From positions 4,940,747 to 5,004,746 of the forward strand of contig CAJINV010000001.1 in assembly GCA_905178155.1 (NCBI GenBank): a DNA stretch of 64,000 nt, in the 5' to 3' direction. This DNA is from Amoebophrya sp. A120. Taxonomy: Eukaryota; Protista; Dinoflagellata. Numbering within the stretch: position 1 is the first letter of the stretch; every line of letters starts with the position of its first letter. Below the pieces are notes generated by a model that worked only from the letters and a program-made list of their open reading frames with translations, did not search any database and had not been told where the DNA came from. This document shows, in pieces, positions 43,601-54,500 of this stretch. Position numbers and translations under genes: made by a program.

Positions 43601-46600
43601 ATCTTCGACTGCAAGCGAAGTGCCAGCGCCTCCTCCGGCTTTTCCACCATAAAATAGTCCACGCCGTCCTGCTTGCCGGCGTTCTGGTACAAAATTTCTG
43701 CGGCCTCGGCCAACCCATAGCTGTACGCATTTATCTTCAGAACTGCGCCGAATAACGGAACTGCTTGGCGGACCGCTCGCGCTGAAGATGCTGCCGGGTG
43801 CTCTTCGAGCAGTGCATGATCTTCGTCTGAAATTGATGAATTATGCACAGAATAGCCACTTCTATCGGCTTCGGCGCTGTCGTGTACTGCTTGCACTACC
43901 TTTCGCAGATGTGCCTTTAGTAGGGCGAGATTCCGCATGAGGGCCGTGGCTGGAACCTCGATCCAGGAGTTGTAGAGATGCTCCGGAGCGTGCAAAGCCT
44001 GCAGCTGGTCCCAGCTCGAGCCTGTCCTCCTGTCCAGCCAGGCTGGATCGATGTCATCTCGTCCGGACGAGACTACAGTGCCGTCTTGATCCGTATTTTT
44101 ACCGCTTTCCTTGGATTCGAGTACAAGCGTTTTTGCATCCAGCGGGCGAAAGACGAACTGCGGAGCACAAGCGGCACCCAGCTCCGTTGACTGCAAAGTC
44201 TGCAGCACCTGGTCCTCGATCTCGAATTCGTGGTTTTGCTCAAAGGCGCCGCCGCCTCGGCCTCCACCGGTTCTTGACTCATCTAGTACATCTTCATTTT
44301 CACGGTTTGGGAAGAGAATAAAAATGCGAAGGTGGCGCTCCTTTATCGTGCGTGCTATGTTGACTTCCCGCTCATCTACGCCCAGGCGGCGCCTATAATC
44401 GTCTGTTGTATCGCCCCCGGAAGTAGCTGTTCTTGTAGTGTCTGCTGCTGCACAGAGCGGCTGGAGAAACCTCACGAACCAATTTACCGTGTCTGCCAGT
44501 GGTGCGTGCACAACGAGGTCCACGCTGTCGGGCATCTTCTCGCTTAGATCATACAGATCTTTAGTGTGGGATCGTACGTCATGGCGAGGCTGTCGCACCG
44601 CCCTGTTCATTTCCAGCTCCCTTTTAGTACTGTCGCCGCCAAACAAAACTGGCGCAAGTATCTCTCCGACGATATCGACGTCGGCCAATTTGCCATCTCG
44701 GCGAGAAATGAGCCGCCACGGCAAGTCGGCCCCGAGCAGGTCTTGCTCGAGTAGCCGTTCGCGCTCCGGCGACCCCAGTACCACACTGACAAGCTTGATG
44801 TCACTGCTGCTGGGCGCAATAATTTCGAGCAGGCCGGCGGTGAGCGCTCGCGTGCAGTCAAATGTGGTGGTCTGCCCCTCGCCGATCTCCACGACGACGC
44901 GTGAGAACACACCGGGCTTGGTCCCGGCTGCACCACTTCCATGAAATGACCTTCTACGTCGTCGTTGTCGCGATTGACCTTGTTGACTCTGATCGTCCAG
45001 AGATGAAATAGCGGTCAGCAAAGCGGTGCTAACGGCTATGGGACAGAATGCCGGCATGGTTCGACATACCGCAGCACCGTTGGCACCACCAGTAACGAGG
45101 TCGGTCCGCAGAACGGATAAGGGATAGTACGACATGCTGGTGGAAGTTGCAGCGCTTTTCTTTTTCCGCCCAATCTTCCCTGTCGCATCTGCATCACCAT
45201 CGTCATCATTGAGCGCTGACAATTCGACTGATTCCACCGCTTTTCGTTCACGTGCTGTTGCTCCTGTATGATCGTCATCGCCTTCCTGTCCGAATGAAGC
45301 ACTCTCGTCAACAAAGTTTAGCTCGCGCATAAGTAGTACCTCAGCATCTCTTGTATCGACCAGCAGATGCAGTTTTCCCATCAACCTTCTGTCGGCGAAA
45401 AATATCCCACGAAAAAACTGTTTCACTGTGAACTTGTGATGCATGGAATGGAACACAAAACTATTTCTATTTGTCGTGCTACACATGCAAGATATTGGAT
45501 TTTTGAGGGTGTTTCCCCTTGGGAAGTGCGCATGGCAAATTTTCTGTGCCATGTGTAACACACTTGTGATGCAGATCTTGCAAAATCATAACATTAACAG
45601 TGACACATTTTTTTCCTGCGATAAAAAAAGCGGCGGCTGACTCGTACGTCCCGGCCAGTGCGTATCCTGAGTAAAAACGTCCCCACCCCATAGTCAAGTT
45701 GTGAACTCTGCAACACAAATCTAGGAGTTTTGGAAGCCGTGCATGACAAGTTCGTCTTTGTAGTGTAGTGCAGGTTAGGAAGGACAGTCGCATGACAAAC
45801 TCATCTCCTCATCCTGTTTACAGGATTACAACTGCCAAAACACGACTGGAAATGCCTCTGATGTAGATGCGCGTTACAAATGTTCCTGTCATTGCAAATC
45901 TGCATGACAACTCTGGGGTGGGGACGTTCTTGCTCAGGATAGTGCGCGGATCAGCGCGAGCCGCGCTTGCTGAACTTGAAGCGCCGCTTCCGCTAACGCT
46001 TTCCGGTCGCTTATCCTGAGTAAAAACGTACCCACACCAGAGTCAGGATGGGGATTTTGCAACACAAGCCTACAGTTTTGCGAGTCACGCATGACAAGTT
46101 GCACTCCGCAGTGTAGTGCAGGTTAGCAAGTGCAGCCGCGTCACAAATTCATCTGCTCATCCTGTTCACAGCATCACAAATTCCAAAACACGATTGGAAA
46201 TGGCTCTCATGCGGATGCGCATTACAAGTCTTCCTGTCTTTGCAAATCTGCATTACAACTCTGGCGTGGGTATGTTTTTACTCAGGATATCGCTGAGGGC
46301 GGCATCGCGGTAAAATTGTGCCGTGGAAAAGGGCCGGATCTGCTGCGGAGGATCTGCATCGGCACCGTCGCTTGAGGACCTTCTTATCTTATTTTCATCC
46401 TCGTCGTCCGTCGTGGTCGATGAAGAAACACGTAGTGCCTGGTCCAGAACCGTTTCGAAAAGCTTTCGTAACTGCAGACGGTGACCCTGACCCGTGGATA
46501 ACAAAGGGGAGGTTGATGCAATATCGTTTTGTCCTCGTCGTTGTTCATCATGTACTTCTTGTTGTGCCACTGGTTCTTGTGATAAAATGTTTCTGTCACT

Positions 46601-47353
46601 GTCTACTGATCTACTCGGAAAAGCTCCTCCTTCACCTTCTCCAGGTCCATCATTAGATAAGGAAAGCGCCCCGAAAAATGTCACGTCCGACAGAAGTTTA
46701 TTCGTTCTTCCGCGGTGTGACTTCTCGTCGCTCTTTCGTAGTTGCGGACGTTGTTCAAAAATTTGTTCCGGCTCCGTTCTGGTGATCGTGTCTGTGACTG
46801 TTCCGTGCTGCACCTTCTCTGACGTCGGCGCTGATAAGCACGCCATAGGGAACGAAATGGACTCCAGAAACGCGATGCCTTCGGGATCGTCCTCCTGACC
46901 ATCTGCTCCAGATTTATGTCGTGCATGTCTCGCGCCTCCAGGCTCTGCTTTAGTGTTGGTTTCATCTCTGTGAAACGATGATGTCGTGGTGGCTGATTCG
47001 CCATGATCGCCTTGTTGTCGAAAAAAAACCTCAGCAGCTTTCGCAGCTGCGTGGTGCTCCAGAATAAAACTTCTGTGTGGTGCGTCTGCGAGAACCTGCC
47101 ACTGCGTCACATGTTCAGTTTCAGTGTGCCCAGCAGGATGAACTCTTTCGGATGGAATCAGCAGGAACCGGCTGGCGACAACACATGACATCACAACTAG
47201 AAAAAGGCCGTGCATCTTCCGACGTTGTGTGCCACTCCCACTACTTCTGCGGCTGGAAATGACATTGATATCTTTATTTTTCCGCGGCACCGCTCCCAGG
47301 CAATAATTTTTGTTCGTGAGCCACTTGGTCCACTTCCAATTCGCCGTCATCAT
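40360..47353 (-). CDS. alr: Alanine racemase-domain protein (PLP fold type III) with long N-terminal extension; 9 exons, 8 introners
   Basis: Reconstructed in order: WIEV..ALMRNL, AVLKINAYSYG (PLP Lys), EEALALR, PILIL, KFHAMLDTGLSREG, EGFYTHW, RHASSS, YEMVRVGGLLFG, LSWKT, LRYG, IGTVPAGYD, VPRVVV*. All joins are in frame; start is tentative. Confidence 0.85.
40430..40681. mobile_element. Introner family A
   Basis: TIRs, TSD GCTGG. Confidence 0.92.
41861..42309. mobile_element. Introner family H
   Basis: ~50-bp TIR TATGGAAGCGTCA.GATTGAAAT..TCAAAGTTGAAATA, TSD CACAC. Confidence 0.92.
42416..42638. mobile_element. Introner family I
   Basis: Perfect 22-bp TIR TATGAGAGTGCACAACTCCCCT, TSD ATTCG. 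Confidence 0.93.
42747..43067. mobile_element. Introner family J
   Basis: TIR TAT......GAAAAATCCCCCC.CCCCATATC, TSD CTGCG/CTGCA. Confidence 0.88.
43218..43462. mobile_element. Introner family K (D-like ends)
   Basis: TATCGC...GCGATA ends, TSD CGAAA/CAAAA, frame restored. Confidence 0.85.
45403..45623. mobile_element. Introner, D-like
   Basis: TATCCCACGAAAAAA...TTTTTTCCTGCGATA, TSD AAAAA. Confidence 0.88.
45663..45941. mobile_element. Introner family G
   Basis: TIRs, TSD GTGCG. Confidence 0.92.
46012..46289. mobile_element. Introner family G
   Basis: TIRs, TSD TCGCT, join AALSD|RKAL. Confidence 0.92.
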
Positions 47354-48818
47354 CAATTTATATAATACGTTCCAGAACTCGAACCAGAAGGTGAAAAATG
47401 AAAATCCACACGAGAGGTAGCCAGGAAGATGAGCGACAGAACAAGAAGTAAGGAAACTAGTTGTACTAGAGCAAACCAAATCTGACGCTGCTATGATGCA
47501 GTATCAGTATGGTTATGGGCGGTTATCTATGTCTGGTAGTAAACAACCAATGACGAAAACATACAATGAAAAGCACACCCACACAGCACGACACCAAGAA
47601 GCAGACGACGGGTCACTCAGAGAAAGGCAAACATACAAAATCCAACTTCTTTCTGTACGTTATTCATTTTCGACATATTACGATGACGATCACTGCATTT
47701 ACGACAAGACAAAAAAAGTATATAAGATCCACTTCTTGTTGTTGTTTTAACCTCAGGACCACCGATCTAATCTTCAAACATCGCAAGATTTTATCTCGAC
47801 CAGAGGACGGAGACGATATCCTTATCAAATCGCATAAGTGGCACATCGAGCAGATCTTCGCCGGCATTTTGACCGCCAAACTGCAACACAAACCAATACA
47901 CAAAGCGCTTGTCACAAGAACGGATGGAGATAGATACGTCGATGAGAGGATCCACTCAGTCAATTGCTGAATCTGGAGCCAGAAAACTTTTGAATATTTC
48001 CACCTTTGCCTGCGATCAAATAATCTGCCTGCGTACTTAGTTGTGAATCTGGTTGTATTTTCTTCGAAAGGCGCTTGATGAATCTGCACCCGTATAAATT
48101 TCGGAAAAGGAGCTCACACGAAATATCAACAGAACTCGCATCATCTTTGACACAACGATCAGCTGCCTACGAGTGGATAAACAGTTCTCAACGTCATGAG
48201 CTGCCATGAGGTCAACTAATTGCTCAGGAAGAAGGCAAAATTGTCTGAAACTATTTACACGCGGCTCAATACCACGATGGCAGTATCGCTACTTCCTGCG
48301 AGTAAGCCACCATAGATAGGTTTTTATAGGAATAACGATAAGTGAAAAGTATAAATTTGATGAGGAAGTTCAGCTCTCTTTGCGGTGGAAGTATTACAGT
48401 ACTAGACGGAAGCGGTGCCCTAGTTTGCCATCGTCCTCAACATGCCTACGCTAGTTCTGAATAGTTCCAAGCACCTCTGTATCTGATAATGAAGCTCTGT
48501 CGAAGTCAAAACTGTAACTGGTATGTTCGGGCAAAAGTAAATATTACAACCAAGAGTTTCTCGTTCTATTCCATATCCTTTGCATCTTGACAAAAAAAAG
48601 CTCAGCTTGATATCATGTGTAGTAACCGTGCGCAGAACACACAGTGAGAGCACCGGCGCGGTCATCGTTACTGAATAAGTGACGGAGCAGCTGCCAAGGA
48701 GGCAATTCTTCTTCTCCACGACCTGAGTAACTACAGGATCATGCTATTTTCATCTACATCTACTTTCTTTTCGAAGATCGGCCTTCGGCACAACAGTTTT
48801 ACCTCGTCCACTGTTCCG

Positions 48819-51023
48819 TCATTCTTGTTTTTTCGTCGCTGCTGTTGGGGCCGGGCTTTTCTTGCCTACGCCTGCCTGCGGCTTGACGGGCGAAAGGTAA
48901 TCCAGTATCCTGAGTAAAAACGTACCCACACCAGAGTCAGGATGGGGATTTTGCAACACAAACCTACGAGTTTTGTGAGTCACGCATGACAAGTTGCACT
49001 CTGCAGTGTAGTGCAGGTTAGCAAGTGCAGCCGCGTCACAGATTCATCTGCTCATCCTGTTCACAGCATCACAAATTCCAAAACACGACTGAAAATGGCT
49101 CTCATGGGGATGCGCATTACAAGTCTTCCTGTCTTTGCAAATCTGCATTACAACTCTGGTGTGGGTACATTTTTACTCAGGATATCCAGCTCGAAATCCT
49201 CATCGTCATCCTCTTCGCCACTGGATCCATACGGGTAAAACATATCAAAGAAAAAAAGTTCGTCACGATCACTCATGCGCATTCTTGCAATACAAAATTG
49301 TTTGTCATGCGCAAAAATGCATCACAACCAAACTTCATTAGGGATTCCCCTAGTGTTTCTGCAATACAAGGAAAGTTTGTGATGCTGAGAAAATTTGTAA
49401 TGCAAAACCTGCAAGTTAGTGACTGTGACAAACTTTTTTCTCTCCATAAAACATGGGTTGCTGGTACTGCGAGATGTAGCTTCTCGGTAGCGCATCGGGT
49501 TGAAAACATCTTTCTGCATCGATACAACGAGGAGATGAATGTCACACCGCACATACTTACGCATACTCAGTAGGCAGTAGATGCCAAGTTCTGTATTTGT
49601 ACATGAGATGAAGCAAACTGGAAGCATCATCAAGTCCTCGGGCCTATCTCCATGATAGATTTGCAGGTCCCGGGAACGGCAATCACAAAGAGGAGTCCCA
49701 TAGGATAGTGTCGACTACGTACGATAATTAAAATTGTAATGCTTGACGCCACGATCGAATTTCAGCAATCTGCGACTGTACCAAGTTATGGCCAGTTGTT
49801 TTGATGCAGGTGTTTTCAACTCGATATAGTTCCGACTTTGGCGCCGTCATGGACTGAAACGCTAGAAAGCCAATCAAGCCCATCCCGAACCTGTGTTATT
49901 TTCGTTTTTGGTTCAGAGCGTATCGTTTTGTTATTTTTCGCTTGATTTATCACATTCACATCACACAAGAATGACCACGACATGACATGCAACAAACAGC
50001 TTGAGCTTTATACATTTTCGAGCACAGGCCGCCGAAGAGCAAGAAGCCGGTCTTCGCGACGTGAAACAGATCGTGCAGGTTGAAGGGATCGATCGTGCCG
50101 GTTGTCAGCGTTCCCGATTGCGCTGCCCCCGATATCAAGTTCCCCGCCGCGCCGCTGCTAAAAAGCATGAACGAAGTCTTCAGGTTGCTAGCACCTCCTC
50201 CGTGTGCGACGACCGATGGAATTATTGAAGCACCTCCGTCTCCTCCTGCTGCCATCGGTCCACGGCTGGAGTCATGCAAATGAAGATGTCCGTGCGGGTT
50301 CTGCCGACTGATGTGGTCAAAGTTGTAGTTTGGCAGCATGTTTTCCTGCGTTATAGAAAACGTCGAGCCCCCGCTAGACAGTTCGGGACGAGTTGTAGAT
50401 CCTTGATTTATTCCATTGTGCAAGAACGATGTCGAGGACTTGTGGTCGTTCGGGGCGACTAGAAGTATTCCACCACCGCGAGGACTACTACTCGCTGTCG
50501 TGTGATGAGCATCGTGTTTCATCGCGGAAAGTGTATCTGAATATCTAGTACTTCCGTTGAAAATATGATTCCAGGCACTCGAGGAAGAGGAGGAACTGGA
50601 TGCAGACGGATTACTAGCACTTCCGATGTCATGAAACGAGCTGCCGACGCGCTCGTGAATGTCGTGGTCGCCGCCGAACAGAAATGACGTGGCTTGATGC
50701 GAGGACGGAAGATGATTGTTCTTCCCCAGATGTTGAGCTGCAGCTGCTCCTCCGGAAACTACGGTAGAAGGTGTCCCCAGACTGCTGTGATGTGGCCCGC
50801 CATCGTCGTAGTGCGACGTCGAAGAGGAAGTGGTCAGAACGTTTGGAGATGACAAACCCGGCAAGGAGGACGAGGAGGCAGTTAGGGTTGCAGTAGCACT
50901 TGCATTGCTATGGTCGGCGCCCCACAGAAAGCTGGTGCTGCTCGAGGAGGACGTTTCTCCAAGACGTGTTGCTGACGCGGCTCTTGGACCAGGGTTTTGT
51001 AAAGCTAGCTGATCCACCCACAT
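48819..51023 (-). CDS. Hypothetical protein with Ser/His-rich N-terminal part; two introners and at least one GT-AG intron (structure partly unresolved)
   Basis: 3' exons join as ...QQPMF|YPYGSSGEEDDDEDFELD|YLSPVK...KKQE*; link to ORF 49956-51023 is assumed. Confidence 0.5.
48906..49184. mobile_element. Introner family G
   Basis: TIRs, TSD TCCAG. Confidence 0.92.
49243..49448. mobile_element. Introner family C (intact copy)
   Basis: TATCAAAGAAAAAAAGTT...AACTTTTTTCTCTCCATA, TSD AAACA. Confidence 0.92.
49514..49560 (-). other. Canonical 47-nt spliceosomal intron
   Basis: GTAAGT...TGCAG; removal joins LLSM|QRCFQP in frame and removes a TGA. Confidence 0.7.
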
Positions 51024-51507
51024 TTTGACTTTTTTCCTTGGTCGTCGCTTATTCAGCTTTTTGTTCTAAAGTGCTTACATCCACTTGCTAGAAGATGGAA
51101 AGGCAGAACTGCGACATGCGCTTTTCCTGTAATTCTACGTGTTCTTTGCGCACGACGATTATTGCGAACAACAGGTGAAGATCTCACCTATACATTCGAG
51201 CTTCTCAATGGCTATGGTACTATCTTTTCACACGATAATACAATAATCTCATGTTTGATGATGAAACATGAGAATATTTTTCGTTTTCCTTTGCTCACGT
51301 AAGTACTCTCGAGACCACGAGGCGATACAATATTCCACATAAAGATCGATACGAACCAATTTTTCGGCGCATGATACCGATTCTCACTCTGACGATTGGA
51401 TTTTGCTTTTGCTCAGTTTGTCACCTCTTGCGTTTTGTCGCTTGGATATTTTCCTTCGCCACATTTTGAAATTTGAATCTCTATTTTGTGAATTTGTATG
51501 TCATTTA

Positions 51508-54500
51508 CAAGGGAAACGGATTAATTGGCGGGCGATTCGAACTTTTCCAAAACTTTTCATTTGACTTTTCAGGATTTCAGGGTATTGAAAACGATTTGAT
51601 AAAGCGAGTCAGAACGAAAAAACGCAGTGAAGATACTCCAAGCGACAGAACAGGGGCGCCTGCGAGGTCTTGGGCGCCGACGCCTCCTCTTGTCCCGCGG
51701 GTGATCGGCGAAACCCGAGCGACCGCCTTTCCACCCGCCGAAGCGTGCGCGCGCGCCGGGTACCCGCCGACCGCACGCAGCCAACGGCTGCCGACGCGGG
51801 CGCCCTAAAGAAAAAGGCCATGACCGCCCATCACACCCACCCTCCCACCCGCCCCCCAGGCCCGGAAGGCCTACCCGGGAACGGACTAGGAGGAGGGCTA
51901 CCGACACAGGGAAGGGGGCCGGTCCGCCAGACCCTAAACCTGACGCAACCGGGCACCGGGCAGCACGCGCCCTCGCCAAAAAACGCGCGCGCCCAAGCCT
52001 CACAAACACCCGGAACCGCGGCGCCCGCCCGCGCCTCCTGCCGCCGGCGGGCCGCCACCGCGAAACGGCCCGACCCTGGCAGCTTTCTTAATGCAAAGCA
52101 ACCACCGGCCAAAAGCTGCCGGCGGTGTGTGCTGCTGTTTCGCGCTCTTCCACATGAAGAAGATCAAAGCGCGCCAGCCTGTTGGGCTTTGTTTGACTTC
52201 AACGAACCGCCGGCGCCGGGCTCTATCGGCCGCCGACTGATAATACTAACGACGCAGGAGGACCGACAAAGAAAAGGGGCGCCCCCCTGAGGCGCCGGCC
52301 GCGTGGGGTTCTGGCGATTTGGGGCGCGCAGAAGAGCGCCCCAAAAAACTCGCGGCAAATCAGAAAAGCGAAGCCGCACGACAGGGCCGGGGCTTCGTTC
52401 GGAGCATTTGGCCGGCCACGAAAGCGGCCGCCACCTTTTCGCCGGTTTCTATGCGGCGGAAGCTTTGCAAAGGGTGCCGGCGCGCAAAGAAAAAACACAG
52501 AAAAGCAAAAGCGCGCCAAGCGCGCGAGGCCAATCCCCATGCCATGGGCCCGGTTTGCCTTCGGTTTTAGGGCGCTCCACCGCGGCGCCCGGATCGGCCC
52601 CATACCGCCGGGGCTGGCTTTCGGGCAGGGGTTCTGAAAATTTGGCAAAGAGCTGCCATGCTTTCCAAAAGACGGCCAAGCCACGCGGCATGGCCATACC
52701 AAAAGCGGCACGGTGGGCCCAGAAAAAGCACGCAGTGGCTGGCCAGGGCAACGGTCGGCGGGCAAGGCAGCCAGCGGCACCGACCTCACCACCCCCGCCA
52801 CGGAGGCTATATTTGGCACGCTGGGCACACTCAGCAGCGGCTTACCGTCCGACAGCCCCACACGTAGCAAGCAAACAGGCCCCGAGGGTAAGTAAGCCCC
52901 CACGACGTCCCCTCCCCTACGTCGCACGCAGGGGCGCAGTTCCGCCCGTGCACCAACCACATCGCCCGGCGCCCCAATATGGCTCGCCCCGCCCGAAACG
53001 GTGTCGAGCGTGCCATGCGGTCCGACGTCGGACCGCACGGTATGCTTGTCGGAAAACAAAACAGCAAAGGCACAGGCCCTGACTGACCAGATAGAGACGA
53101 AACAGATCGCCCAATCCCGGCCGACAGGGTGGGGCGCAGGGCGAGCGAAGGGCGAGACGAACGATGGGTGGCAATCGGGCCGCCGGCACGTATAAAGTAG
53201 ACCCGCGGCGGCGCCGCCCGGTATTCCAGGCGGGCGCGCAGGCAGGCCGGCGGGGCCCAACATGCAGGCGCCCCCCCCACTCAGAGGGTGGGAGGCCCCC
53301 AGGCAGGCCGGCTCCGGCCGGCGGGCGCCTGGCGGATGCGGCGGAATCGCATCGGCAACCCAAAAACCCGCCTCCCCCCCCCGCCCGGGCCCGGCGGTGC
53401 ACAGGCGCCACGCCCGCGCGGCTGTTGCCGGCCGGCACACTGTGGCCGGCCCCGGTCTAGGTCGGTCGCGGGCGGGGGGGCGAAGGACTGGCGCGGCCGG
53501 GCCGGGTGTTCCTTCCGTCTATGGGTTTGGGCAAACCATCGCCAACTCCAGCGGCGCCCGGGCCCCCAAGAGCCCGCCGCCGCAAGTGTGGAGTACGCGG
53601 AGCGCATGCCCCGCACGCGCCCCGAACGGCGCAACGCGCTAAGTTCAGGGGGTCGGTAGCAACCGCCGAAGCCCGGGCGCCCTCTCTTGGTTCGCAGCAA
53701 GCAAGCTACACGCGCACCGGCGCCCCCGGGGCGTGAATCCGCTGCCCGGTGGCGCATGCGACAACGTAGCGCCGGCCGCCCGGCCCGCCGGGGCGGGGCC
53801 GGCCGCTTGCCTGGCTACGTGCGCAATAGCCGCAGGCGTTCAGGCGAACGGGCCCGGGCCAACAAAGGCGCTAACTCCCAGCCAAAAAATTGCCAATTTT
53901 GAAGATCGCGCCGGATCGGGGTGGGGGGTCGGGGATAAAAAAAAATTGTTGGCGAGACCACGTGCCCGACATGCCCCCACGCCCTATAGAAAACCCAGAC
54001 AAACCACACCCCACACATTTGCAGCAAAAAAACCCCAAAGGCGAAACCAACCCCCGGCGCCGTAGATGCAAAACCGCCAAGACCCTCGGTGGGTGTTGTT
54101 GTGTTTTCCTGGCTGCGCAAAGGTGTCCAATTGGTGTCCAATTTTGCTCCAATTGGGTGTCCAATTTTGGTCCAATTGCGTGTCCAATTGTGTGCCGCTT
54201 TTCTAAAATGGATGCTCCAATTGGACGTCCAATTGGGCGTCCAATTTTTCGCCAATTGATGCCCAACCCCAGGGGGGGTGCGAAAACGGGAACAAATCCT
54301 TTGCTTTCGCAATTGGACATCGAATTGGCGAAAAATTGCATGCCCAATTGCATGCCCAATTGCAGCATCCCGGTTTCGGGAAATCACACTAATTGGCGCA
54401 TAATTGGATGCCCAATTGGACATCGAATTGGATCATTCGCGGCGAATGATCCAACTCGATGTCCCTCAACTCCCCGTCTCCGCCACCGACCGACGACGCC

